A stretch of 64,000 bases of DNA from an uncultured Ruminiclostridium sp. (GTDB lineage Bacteria > Bacillota > Clostridia > Oscillospirales > Ruminococcaceae): positions 276-64,275 of the forward strand of contig CATLBH010000007.1 of the NCBI GenBank assembly GCA_949878745.1, in the 5' to 3' direction. A model generated the notes under the pieces. It was given only the letters and a program-made list of their open reading frames with translations. It searched no databases and was not told the DNA's origin. Made by a program: the position numbers and the translations under genes. Positions 37,363 through 47,460 of the stretch are shown in pieces; within the stretch, counting starts at the first letter, position 1, and each line of letters begins with the position of its first letter.

Positions 37363-39970
37363 CCTGCTGCTTGAACAATTCAGCAGATATAAAAAGCTGG
37401 AACTTGAGGTCTCTCCGTTCCACTTCCTTTTGGATGCCAACATAGAGATAAATCCGCATCAGATCAATGCGTTTTGTGCTGCTATTCAAGCATTAAAAAC
37501 CGGCGGAATTATATTGGCAGATGAGGTTGGACTTGGAAAAACCATTGAAGCTGGGCTTGTTCTGAAATATGTGCTTGAATTGGGGGCAAAAAAAGTATTG
37601 ATTGCTCTTCCAGCGTCCTTGCGAAAACAGTGGGAACTAGAACTTGAGGATAAATTCGGCTTAAAGTCAATAATTCTTGACCGGCTTACGGTAGAAAAAG
37701 ATAGCTCTGACTGTCGCAAAAGGCTCACAGATAATAAGTCTGCCAGAATCGTGCTTACTTCTTATGACTACTCATCCAAGCTGATGAAACGGTTCCCAGA
37801 GGTCAAGTGGGATTTCATTATCATTGATGAGGCACACAACCTCAGAAATGTATTTCATGGAACTAAACGGGCAAAGAATTTGTACGAGCTGTCAAAAGGC
37901 ATACCGAAGATTCTGCTGACCGCTACGCCGCTTCAGAATTCGCTGACTGACCTTCACGGACTTGTTTCCTTTATTGACCAGCGAATTTTCGGAAGTGAGA
38001 AAGTTTTCAATAAGCGTTACATCGAATGTCAGGATTACTCCGATTTAAAGCGGGAGTTGTCACCGGTTCTTTATCGAACACTCCGCAAGGATGTAGCTAA
38101 ATATATGAACTTCAAAAAGAGAACCTGCAAAACGGTGGATTTTACCCTTTCGCATGATGAGATAGAGTTGTACCAACGGGTAAACGATTTCTTGAAGCGG
38201 GAACTACTGTATTCTATTCCGACCTCTAACCGTGGGCTAATCATTCTTGTCATCAGAAAACTGCTTGCATCTTCAAGTTTTGCACTGATTGAGACCTTTG
38301 AGATATTGAAGAAGAGACTTGAGAAGTTGTACGAAGGCAGCAGGACAGCAAACGCACAGGAGGGCTTTGATCTCTTCTGGAGCTATGTCGAAGATGAAAT
38401 AGATGAGTCGGGCTTTGAAAAGACCGAGGATGAGGATACTATTGTTCAGAAACAATTCATTCAAGCTGAACTTGATGAGGTAAATATCATCATTGATGTG
38501 GCAAAGCGCATCAAAACGAACGCAAAAATCAACGCACTGAAGACCGCCATACAGATTGCTTTCGACTATCAGCAGGAACAAAGTATACCGCAGAAGGTCG
38601 TGATCTTCACAGAGTCAAAGCGCACCCAGAAGTACATAGCCAATGAACTACGTAAGACGGGATTTGAGGATGAAGATATTCTTCTCTTCAACGGCGATTT
38701 TAACGATGCCATGACAAAGGAGATTTACAGGACATGGCAAGTTAAAAACTTTGGAAAGGTGAACTACGGACGCAGTGTGGAATATAAGCACGCCATTGTG
38801 GACTATTTCCGGAACAATGCAAAAATTCTAATTTGCACGGATGCTGGTTCTGAAGGTTTGAATTTGCAGTTCTGCAGCACGGTCATCAACTATGATCTTC
38901 CGTGGAATCCGATGAAAATTGAGCAACGCATTGGTCGTTGCCATCGCTACGGTCAGGAACATGAGGTGGTCGCTATAAATCTGCTGAACACACAGAATGC
39001 TGCCGATCAGCGAGTTTACGATATTCTTTCAAAAAAGTTTGAGCTGTTTGAGGGTGTCTTTGGAGCATCGGATATTGCACTCGGCGCATTAGAGTCCGGC
39101 TCCAGCTTTGAAAAAATGGTGCTGCAGATTTATCAGACCTGCAACACCACGGGGGAGTTCAAAAAGGCTTTTGATAAACTGGATCGGAAATTGAACGCAA
39201 AACGGGATAAGAAAGCAAGAGAGCTGCGTTCTCTACTGCTTACCGAAAGCAGTAGTGCTAAAGGACAGGCTCTTGAAGAAACAAAAGCAGACATTGCCAA
39301 ATATCTGCGTGATGTGGAATATTGGAATGCCTTTAACGAGCCAGAGGCAGATGGAAGAATTCACTATTGGAAGGTTGATAATTGGGGGGAACAAATTCTT
39401 GGATCGCATGGGGTTCTTTTTATTGGTGCGTTCTGCGACTCCTCAAAGTTGCTGTTTCCTGTACTACTACTTTGCGATGAAAGCGGCGATTACATTGATT
39501 TTGACGAGTCAGATTTGATTCCTGCTCTTGAGAAGATTGACGATATGGATGTGTGTTATTTCACGCCTACCGAATCGGAAATAAAACTGTATCACAATAT
39601 TTATGATAGCCTAAATGCAGAGATGCTAAAAAAGTATCAAGAACAATTGGTGCCTATTAAAGCATACAACAAACGAAAAGTTGAAAATTGGGAGCGCATT
39701 CAAATGGAGCAGCTGATTGTGACATACCAAGATATAGAGGCTGAAATCGGCGTAATAAAAGAACAGGAACGAGCTTCGGATAACTTTTATGAGAAGATAG
39801 ACATACGGAAAAAGATCGTCGAGAAATCCAAGGCACTTGAAGAATTCCAAGCATCTTTTCATGAAAAAAGTGCCGAATTTAAGAACGAAAGCGAACGAGA
39901 AATCGCTGAATTCGATAAACAGTTCGATATCAATCCGATTCTGTGGATTAATATTGTTCTGAAGTTTTAG
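37352..39970 (+). CDS. SNF2-family helicase (DrmD-like); probable start MGSN
   Basis: ILADEVGLGKT, IIDEAH, LTATP, DAGSEGLNLQ, PWNPMKIEQRIGR. Confidence 0.9.
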   Translation: MGSNLLLEQFSRYKKLELEVSPFHFLLDANIEINPHQINAFCAAIQALKTGGIILADEVGLGKTIEAGLVLKYVLELGAKKVLIALPASLRKQWELELEDKFGLKSIILDRLTVEKDSSDCRKRLTDNKSARIVLTSYDYSSKLMKRFPEVKWDFIIIDEAHNLRNVFHGTKRAKNLYELSKGIPKILLTATPLQNSLTDLHGLVSFIDQRIFGSEKVFNKRYIECQDYSDLKRELSPVLYRTLRKDVAKYMNFKKRTCKTVDFTLSHDEIELYQRVNDFLKRELLYSIPTSNRGLIILVIRKLLASSSFALIETFEILKKRLEKLYEGSRTANAQEGFDLFWSYVEDEIDESGFEKTEDEDTIVQKQFIQAELDEVNIIIDVAKRIKTNAKINALKTAIQIAFDYQQEQSIPQKVVIFTESKRTQKYIANELRKTGFEDEDILLFNGDFNDAMTKEIYRTWQVKNFGKVNYGRSVEYKHAIVDYFRNNAKILICTDAGSEGLNLQFCSTVINYDLPWNPMKIEQRIGRCHRYGQEHEVVAINLLNTQNAADQRVYDILSKKFELFEGVFGASDIALGALESGSSFEKMVLQIYQTCNTTGEFKKAFDKLDRKLNAKRDKKARELRSLLLTESSSAKGQALEETKADIAKYLRDVEYWNAFNEPEADGRIHYWKVDNWGEQILGSHGVLFIGAFCDSSKLLFPVLLLCDESGDYIDFDESDLIPALEKIDDMDVCYFTPTESEIKLYHNIYDSLNAEMLKKYQEQLVPIKAYNKRKVENWERIQMEQLIVTYQDIEAEIGVIKEQERASDNFYEKIDIRKKIVEKSKALEEFQASFHEKSAEFKNESEREIAEFDKQFDINPILWINIVLKF

Positions 39971-39981
39971 GAGAGATTATT

Positions 39982-41484
39982 ATGCAGAAGACAGGAAGAT
40001 TGGAATTAACATGGGTTGGCAAATATGATGATAAGGTTGTCGAGCCGAGAATTCTACTGGAGGATAAAAGCAAGTCTTACGGTGATCCAGCAAGTGAAAA
40101 TATGCTTATTCATGGGGATAACTTAATTGCACTGAGAGCGTTAGAAGCTGATTTTTCAGAACGTATTAAGTGCGTATTTATCGATCCTCCATATAACACA
40201 GGAAATGCTTTTGATAAATATGATGACGGATTAGAGCATTCGATATGGTTGGATTTAATGTATCGACGCTTTAACTCGTTATACGCTTTACTAAAACAGG
40301 ACGGAATATTATTTGTAAGCTTGGACGAGCGGGAACATGCTTACGCAAAAGTTTTGTTGGACAGCATTTTTGGAAGAGAAAACTTCATTGGAGATATAAT
40401 CTGGCAAAAACGCAAAGGCGGAGGTAATGATTCACGCTATATAGCACTTGATCATGATTACATTCTTGTTTATGCAAAAGATGCCAGTAAGGAGCAACAC
40501 CCAAAGCAATGGCTTACATCACAATCAGAGGCATATTTAAAGCGATACAAAGAAATCGATGAAAACGGGAAAAGATATTACTGGGATACCGTTGCAAGGA
40601 ACGGATTACAAAGTCCAATACTGGTTTCAATAAAGTGCCCTGATGGTACGATGTTATCCATTAACTCTCAAATGGGTCAGCAAACAATCGAAGAGGGATT
40701 AGAGACAGGGATGGTAAGACTATCTAAATCTAAAAACGGGTGGACACTACATCATCGAGTATATATGAAAGAAGGACAAGTACAGAGATCTATACTCAAT
40801 GATGTTGGAACTAATAAAGACGCAGCCGATGAAATGGAACTTTTATTCGGAAGTAAGAAAGCATTTCCGTACCCCAAGCCAGAAAGTCTGATTGCAAGAC
40901 TTCTTGAACTTGCAACAGAGCAAGGAGATCTTGTCTTGGATTCATTTTTAGGCTCAGGAACTACAGCAGCTGTTGCTCATAAAATGAAACGAAAGTGGAT
41001 TGGAATTGAAATGGGTGATCATGCATACACTCACTGCAAGTTAAGGTTAGATAAGGTTGTTAATGGATCAGATAACTGTGGTGTTACATCAAGCCTGAAT
41101 TGGCAAGGTGGCGGTGGATACCACTTCTATGAATTGGCTCCGAGTCTTCTCGTGAAGAATGACAAGCTGCCGATCTATCAGATCAATCCATCCTACACCT
41201 TTGAGATGCTCTGTGAGGCAATCTGTAAGATTGAGGGATTCCGCTATAAGCCGCAGGATGTGTTCCACGGCTATTCTTCGGAAAAACGTTTTATTCACAT
41301 CACTACTGAGTTCATAAACGCCGGATATATAAAATCGCTGTCCGCGAGGCTTGCCGAAGGTCAGTCTCTTCTGATTTACGGCACAAAGATACAGTCAGAC
41401 ATGGTCTTGCCTGACAACATCGAAGTCAAGAAAATTCCGAAAGATCTTCTTGAAAAATGCGATTTTGAAAGCGAGGTGCAGTAA
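39982..41484 (+). CDS. mod: Type III restriction-modification methyltransferase Mod (beta-class N6-adenine)
   Basis: LIHGDNL, FIDPPYNTG before DSFLGSGTT, YPKPE. Confidence 0.9.
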   Translation: MQKTGRLELTWVGKYDDKVVEPRILLEDKSKSYGDPASENMLIHGDNLIALRALEADFSERIKCVFIDPPYNTGNAFDKYDDGLEHSIWLDLMYRRFNSLYALLKQDGILFVSLDEREHAYAKVLLDSIFGRENFIGDIIWQKRKGGGNDSRYIALDHDYILVYAKDASKEQHPKQWLTSQSEAYLKRYKEIDENGKRYYWDTVARNGLQSPILVSIKCPDGTMLSINSQMGQQTIEEGLETGMVRLSKSKNGWTLHHRVYMKEGQVQRSILNDVGTNKDAADEMELLFGSKKAFPYPKPESLIARLLELATEQGDLVLDSFLGSGTTAAVAHKMKRKWIGIEMGDHAYTHCKLRLDKVVNGSDNCGVTSSLNWQGGGGYHFYELAPSLLVKNDKLPIYQINPSYTFEMLCEAICKIEGFRYKPQDVFHGYSSEKRFIHITTEFINAGYIKSLSARLAEGQSLLIYGTKIQSDMVLPDNIEVKKIPKDLLEKCDFESEVQ

Positions 41485-44136
41485 ATGTCAGAGATAGTAA
41501 ACAATATCAAATATGCAATGAGCCTGAGAACTCCGCAGGAGGAGGCTCTGTCTTACCTCGACGCAATCAGTTCGCATTGTGATTACAAGAAAGACAGCAA
41601 GGATGTTATTGAGGCCGTCGCATCGAAATATTGTGAGAAACAGCGCAAGGTTAAAGCTAGGTTCGACTTCCCGTCCTTCTGCTTTGCTATGGCAACCGGC
41701 ATCGGCAAAACTCGTCTGATGGGAGCCTGTATCTACCATCTGTACAAAAAGAAGGGCTATAAGCACTTCTTCATTCTTGCGCCTGGAAATACGATTTATG
41801 ATAAATTGCGTAAAGAGTCCAATCCGAACCATCCGAAGTACATCTTTAAAGGGCTTGAAGCTGAAATGGGCAGACCGAAGGTGTATGATGGCGAAAATTA
41901 CGATACCTATCCCGTGAAGTTTGAGCAGATGTCTCTCCGTATCGAGAAGACCTCGGAGATTCAGCTTTTCATATTCAATATCGGAAAAATCTTCAACAGC
42001 AAGACTGACACGCAGTTCAATTTCCACAAGTTCAAGGAGACGCTGGGCGCTTCCTTTGCTGATGTACTGGCGCAGTTTGACGATCTCGTAATCTGCATGG
42101 ATGAGGCACATCGCTATTACGCTCCGGCTTCAATGAAGGCAATCAACTATCTGAAGCCCGTCCTCGGATTGGAGTTTACAGCCACGCCGAAGACCACATC
42201 AAACGTAATCTATGCCTATGACCTGGCTCGTGGCGCTGTCGAGGGTTATCTGAAAATTCCTGTCGTGATGGGACGTTCCAACATGGCTGGCTATAACCAG
42301 GACGATATTGAGGAGATGAAAATCCGTGACGGCCTTACGCTCCATGAGCATCGCAAGGCTGTACTTCGCGAGTATTGCAGTGAAAATGACCTTGACTACG
42401 TTAAGCCGATTGTTCTTGTGGCCTGCAAGGATACAGACCACGCAAAGAAAATCCGTGCGCTGATTGACAGTGATGATTTTCAAGGTGGAAAGTATAAGGG
42501 CAAGGTTATAGAAATACATTCAAAGCAGACCGGCGAGGAGTCGGAAGAAAACATCCGTCTTTTGCTCTCTATAGAGAGTGCTTCAAACCCGGTCGAGATT
42601 GTTTTGCACGTTTATAAGCTGAAGGAAGGCTGGGACGTAAATAATCTTTTTACGATCATTCCTCTCAACGCGGCAAAGAGCGATATCCTCGCTATGCAGA
42701 CTATTGGTCGTGGTTTAAGACTTCCGTTCGGAGAACAGACCGGCAACGAAGACTTGAATTCTCTTGATATCGTTGCACATGACCACTACAGAGAACTCGT
42801 GGATGAAATTAAGAGCAATGACATCTTCCGTTATCGTGATCTTGATAAAGCAGCGGTAGAACCGTCGGAATCGGTAGGAGTATCTGCTACCGTAGACGAT
42901 GGTCAGCTTTCTCTGCTGGATTTTGCGATTACCGCATCCGGCGTGAAGTCATTTGCCGAGGTCAGCAATCCGAAGACGCAGCTTGAGATTTATCAGGAAT
43001 ATGTAAAGAACTTTATGGCTGCGCAGAAGAAAGACAAGAACGAAGACCCAGGACAGATGACTCTTTTTGACCTTCATCCTGAAATGTTTTCCGGCGATTC
43101 TACTGAAACTGATACATCTGCAAAGGAACAGCCGCAGGTGCCGTCCGGCGGTAAATCCGGCAAACAGCCTCTTACCAAGGATGAGTTTGTAAAGGCGGTA
43201 ACGGAGTATTCCGCAAAGGCTATCTCTGTACCGAAAATTCTCGTTCAGACCACATCCGAGGTGAAGTTTAGCCGTTTTGAGGTAAAGCGCACCATCGCTG
43301 ACTTTGAGGTGGCTATGGCCAAGATTGAGCGTTTTGATGCTATCAATCAGCAGCTTCTTTCTGTCGTGGATGCGCAGATTCTTGAAGTTAATGATGCCAT
43401 GAATACGCTTGCTTGTATGTTACTCGACTCCATCAGCGAGTTGTCTTATGATGACGCGGATTTTGTTATTGACGTGGTTGAGCAGTATTTAAGTCAGATA
43501 CCCGGTGATGAGGAAAACAAGAGAAGAATCGTTCGGCGCTACGCATCCCTGATTGTGGCTGATATCCGCAAGCAGATTTATGAGCATATGGACAGAAAAA
43601 CGCAGGATGTCCACATCATTCAGAAAGACCTTATTCTGTTCCGTAAGTTCGTAAAGAACGTCAAGGATGACGGAAAGGTCAAGTACGATAAGCCGTTCTC
43701 TGACAAGAGCAATATCAAGAAGTATCTTTTTACCGGCTATAAGAAGTCTTATTACCCGGCGAATGCGTTTGATAGTGATACGGAGCGTCTGTTCTCTATT
43801 ATTTTGGAAGAGGACCCGGATGTTATCCGTTGGATCAAACCGCCGCTTAATCAGCTGGGTTTATTCTGGAAAGCCGGTCAGCAGTATAATCCTGATTTTC
43901 TCGTAGAAACAACTGCCGGAAAATTCATGGTCGAGGTTAAGGCTTTGAATGAAATGACTTCGGAAGAAGTCGTTTCAAAGGCGAGAGAAGGCATAAAGTG
44001 GTGCCGTTTTGCTTCGACAGCAGACCCGGATCATAAGACGTGGGAGTATAAACTGATTTCAGATGACAACATTCATCTCGGAAACACCTGTAAATATACG
44101 CTCAGTACGGCTCATGCCGTGAAGGAGGATGCATAA
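41485..44136 (+). CDS. res: Type III restriction endonuclease Res
   Basis: MATGIGKT, MDEAHRY, LKEGWDV, QTIGRGLR; C-terminal YNPDFLV..MVEVK nuclease motif. Confidence 0.88.
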   Translation: MSEIVNNIKYAMSLRTPQEEALSYLDAISSHCDYKKDSKDVIEAVASKYCEKQRKVKARFDFPSFCFAMATGIGKTRLMGACIYHLYKKKGYKHFFILAPGNTIYDKLRKESNPNHPKYIFKGLEAEMGRPKVYDGENYDTYPVKFEQMSLRIEKTSEIQLFIFNIGKIFNSKTDTQFNFHKFKETLGASFADVLAQFDDLVICMDEAHRYYAPASMKAINYLKPVLGLEFTATPKTTSNVIYAYDLARGAVEGYLKIPVVMGRSNMAGYNQDDIEEMKIRDGLTLHEHRKAVLREYCSENDLDYVKPIVLVACKDTDHAKKIRALIDSDDFQGGKYKGKVIEIHSKQTGEESEENIRLLLSIESASNPVEIVLHVYKLKEGWDVNNLFTIIPLNAAKSDILAMQTIGRGLRLPFGEQTGNEDLNSLDIVAHDHYRELVDEIKSNDIFRYRDLDKAAVEPSESVGVSATVDDGQLSLLDFAITASGVKSFAEVSNPKTQLEIYQEYVKNFMAAQKKDKNEDPGQMTLFDLHPEMFSGDSTETDTSAKEQPQVPSGGKSGKQPLTKDEFVKAVTEYSAKAISVPKILVQTTSEVKFSRFEVKRTIADFEVAMAKIERFDAINQQLLSVVDAQILEVNDAMNTLACMLLDSISELSYDDADFVIDVVEQYLSQIPGDEENKRRIVRRYASLIVADIRKQIYEHMDRKTQDVHIIQKDLILFRKFVKNVKDDGKVKYDKPFSDKSNIKKYLFTGYKKSYYPANAFDSDTERLFSIILEEDPDVIRWIKPPLNQLGLFWKAGQQYNPDFLVETTAGKFMVEVKALNEMTSEEVVSKAREGIKWCRFASTADPDHKTWEYKLISDDNIHLGNTCKYTLSTAHAVKEDA

Positions 44137-47100
44137 TGGCTGACAGATTTAAGTATTCAGAGGTCAGGCAGAAAATCATCGATGCCATAAGAACTGACCT
44201 TATCGGGCCCAGAGAGAAGGAAGAGGTTCTTGAAGAGAATCCTCGCTATGCCTATCTCGTGGGTATGCTTGATATCCAAAACGATGATGAAGATTATTCT
44301 GGTGCCGGAGAGCAGGAAGTCGATGCTGATATGGCATTTGAGGATGGTGAGGACTTTACTGCCGGTGAAGATGATGACAACGAGCCAACTTCCACCACAC
44401 ATTTTCAGCTGCCCTCGTCTATCGGTATTAGTTTCTATATTCAAAGTGATACCGAGAGCATCAACTTGGATGTGACATGGGGAGACTATGTGAAGTCTTC
44501 TGAAAAATATACTGGCAAGGACGAAAAAGAGCATAGCCGTGCCATTTATACACGCCAGCCGATGGAAGAAACGGTTCATGTTCAGTTTAAGGATTTCACA
44601 CGAACGAAGGATTACCAGCTTGTTTGTGATTCCAATGTCCATGTTCACGTGTCCCGCATTCCTCTAAAGGGCGGCTATTCTCTTGTAACGGCGTACGTCA
44701 TTAACAAGAGAAAAAATCCTGCCAACAGTGCGGAAGCCATCATGTTCCAAGTTGAAATCAAGGCATATGCAGAGGATGGCTCTGCTGAGTTTATCGCCGA
44801 GCATATTTGCAGGGAGATACTCGCTTCCGATGAGTTTTATTTTGAACAGCGCCCGATTATGGGACGAGGACGCGGCTGTGCGGCGGTGTGGGATACCCCT
44901 GTCGATGGCAGAACTACATATGTGAAATCAGCGTTTATACCCGAATATGAATTTCCGGGTGTCAGCGCCGCATTGGATGGTTTTGACAGATATTTCTTTT
45001 CTACATTTACCATGTCGGTAAAATCGAAGAAGGCAGAAACCATCGGCAAACTTAATACTCTGGCGGAATCCTACGAAAAGTGGATCAATTCTACGCTTCT
45101 CGGAAACGCAAGGATGAACAATCCTGATTTTAAGGATAAGATCGGTAACAAAGTCATTGACCGTTGCCAAGATGCTCTGAAACGTATACGTGAAGGCATT
45201 AGCATTATCGAGAATGACGACATCTCGTTTGAGGCTTTCTGCTTTATGAACCGTGTAATCTTCTTGCAGAACAGCATCAAAGGATATGCAAAGAAGCACG
45301 GAACTGGAACAGATTGCAATTTCCAGGATTTCATTAATCCGAAGAATCCTGATAATAACTTTGGATGGCGTCCATTCCAGATTGCTTTTATTCTGATGAA
45401 CCTCGCGGGAATCGTTGATCCGAGACATATAGACCGAGAGGTCGTTGACCTGCTATACTTCCCGACTGGCGGTGGTAAGACTGAGGCCTATCTTGGTCTT
45501 ATGGCATTTGTTATTGCCAACAGGCGACTCAGAGCGTCTGATGTAGATAAGTACAATCGGGATGGCGGCGTGACCGTCATGCTTCGATACACCCTCCGCT
45601 TGCTTACCACACAGCAGAGGGACCGTATTACAAAAATGGTGCTTGCGGCAGAAATGATCAGGCGGCAGGCATATCCTCAGTTTGGTAAAGAGCCTATCAG
45701 TATAGGCTTCTGGGTAGGAGGCGGAGTAACGCCTAACAAGTTTGATGAGTTTATTGAAAAGGCTGATAATCCGCAAGCGGCGAGAAGTGCAAGAAACCAT
45801 GTCTATAAACAGCTACTTACTTGCCCGTTCTGCGGAAAGCCTCTCAAAGAAGAGAACTTTAACATTGATACTGACAAGAAGTCCATCGAGATTTTCTGCT
45901 CGGATCGGGATTGCCAGTTCTATAGATACAAAAATGACAGGATACCGATCCCAGTTTATCTTGTCGATGAAGAAATATATGCCAAGTGTCCGACCATCAT
46001 TTTGTCGACCGTTGATAAGTTTGCTCGTCTGCCGTGGGATGTAAATACGAATGCTCTTTTTGGCAGAGTGGACAGAAAGTGCAGCCGTGATGGTTATGTC
46101 GCAATTGGAGCGGAACACGGACGTCATAATAAAACGGCTTCTTTGCCGGCATCCACGATGGTCAACATCAGACCGTTCCTGCCGCCGGAACTGATCATTC
46201 AAGACGAGTTGCATCTTATCACGGGACCTCTTGGTACGGTTTACGGTGCCTATGAAACGATTATCGAAGATATGTGTATTCACGATGGCATCAAGCCGAA
46301 GTATGTCGTTTCAACGGCAACAATCAAAAATGCGGAGGCACAGACCAGATGCCTTTACGCAAGAAAGAATACGACGCAGTTCCCGCCGAACGGTTTTGAA
46401 ATTGGGGACAGTTTCTTTATCAGAGAGATTTCCGTAGATGATGACCCGTTCAGAAAATATGTGGGTGTCTGCGCACCAGGTCAGTCTGTTAAGACGGCTT
46501 TACTTCGCGTTTATGCTATCATTCTGCAGGCTGCCTATACTTACTCCCTGCAAAAGGAGTACAAGGATGTGATTGATCCGTACTATTCTCTGGTCGGGTA
46601 TTTCAACAGTATCCGAGAACTTGGTGGTGCTGTCAGACTTCTGCAAGACGACATTCCAAAGAGGATTTATCGCATCAAGAATAAATACGGCTTGGATAAA
46701 CAGCGGTATCTGAACCACAACGTGGAGATTACTTCCCGTATGTCGTCGTATAAGATACCGGAAAAGCTGAACCAACTTGAAACGACCTGTGCTTCAAAAG
46801 ACTGCCTGGATACGGCTATCGCTACAAATATGATCGCCGTAGGTATGGACGTTGATCGCCTTGGACTGATGGTTGTGACAGGTCAGCCGAAACAGAACTC
46901 GGAATATATCCAGGCAACAAGCCGTATTGGTCGTGCATTCCCTGGACTTGTGGTTACGCTCTACAATGCATATCGTCCTCGTGACTTGTCGCATTACGAG
47001 AATTTTACCGGCTACCATTCGCAGCTTTATCGCTTTGTCGAAGGAACGACGGCGACACCGTTCTCTGCCAGAGCAAGAGACCGTGTCATGCACGCGCTGA

Positions 47101-47459
47101 TAATATCTGCAGTACGGCTTAACTTCCCGAATATGGCTAATAATCCAGATGCGGCGGCCATCGGTTCATTAACTTCAGACCAGCTTGACTCAGTGAAGAA
47201 GCTGATAATCGACCGCCTCAATATCATCAAGCCGTCAGCAAGAGCAGATGCAGAGGAAGAAGTAGAGCGCTTCATTGACTGGTGGAAATTGCAAGCGGCG
47301 CAGACGAAACCGCTGCGGTATTACGTTGTCGGAACTGAACGCTATAACAGGTTGATGAATCCGTATGACCAGCCGCACGATGAGAACGAAAAAGCTACAC
47401 TTCGTTCCATGCGTGAGGTCGAGAGTTCGGCGAATATGTTCTATTACACGGAGGATTGA
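44136..47459 (+). CDS. drmA: DISARM helicase DrmA
   Basis: FPTGGGKTEAY, YTLRLLT.QQ, IQDELHLI.GPLG, AVGMDV.RLGLM, QATSRIGR; followed by DUF1998 and PLD genes. Confidence 0.88.
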   Translation: MADRFKYSEVRQKIIDAIRTDLIGPREKEEVLEENPRYAYLVGMLDIQNDDEDYSGAGEQEVDADMAFEDGEDFTAGEDDDNEPTSTTHFQLPSSIGISFYIQSDTESINLDVTWGDYVKSSEKYTGKDEKEHSRAIYTRQPMEETVHVQFKDFTRTKDYQLVCDSNVHVHVSRIPLKGGYSLVTAYVINKRKNPANSAEAIMFQVEIKAYAEDGSAEFIAEHICREILASDEFYFEQRPIMGRGRGCAAVWDTPVDGRTTYVKSAFIPEYEFPGVSAALDGFDRYFFSTFTMSVKSKKAETIGKLNTLAESYEKWINSTLLGNARMNNPDFKDKIGNKVIDRCQDALKRIREGISIIENDDISFEAFCFMNRVIFLQNSIKGYAKKHGTGTDCNFQDFINPKNPDNNFGWRPFQIAFILMNLAGIVDPRHIDREVVDLLYFPTGGGKTEAYLGLMAFVIANRRLRASDVDKYNRDGGVTVMLRYTLRLLTTQQRDRITKMVLAAEMIRRQAYPQFGKEPISIGFWVGGGVTPNKFDEFIEKADNPQAARSARNHVYKQLLTCPFCGKPLKEENFNIDTDKKSIEIFCSDRDCQFYRYKNDRIPIPVYLVDEEIYAKCPTIILSTVDKFARLPWDVNTNALFGRVDRKCSRDGYVAIGAEHGRHNKTASLPASTMVNIRPFLPPELIIQDELHLITGPLGTVYGAYETIIEDMCIHDGIKPKYVVSTATIKNAEAQTRCLYARKNTTQFPPNGFEIGDSFFIREISVDDDPFRKYVGVCAPGQSVKTALLRVYAIILQAAYTYSLQKEYKDVIDPYYSLVGYFNSIRELGGAVRLLQDDIPKRIYRIKNKYGLDKQRYLNHNVEITSRMSSYKIPEKLNQLETTCASKDCLDTAIATNMIAVGMDVDRLGLMVVTGQPKQNSEYIQATSRIGRAFPGLVVTLYNAYRPRDLSHYENFTGYHSQLYRFVEGTTATPFSARARDRVMHALIISAVRLNFPNMANNPDAAAIGSLTSDQLDSVKKLIIDRLNIIKPSARADAEEEVERFIDWWKLQAAQTKPLRYYVVGTERYNRLMNPYDQPHDENEKATLRSMREVESSANMFYYTED

Positions 47460-47460
47460 C

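Noticed and set aside
39982-41484. Phase-variable simple sequence repeat in mod
   Set aside because: No long homopolymer or short tandem repeat tract was seen in the gene.
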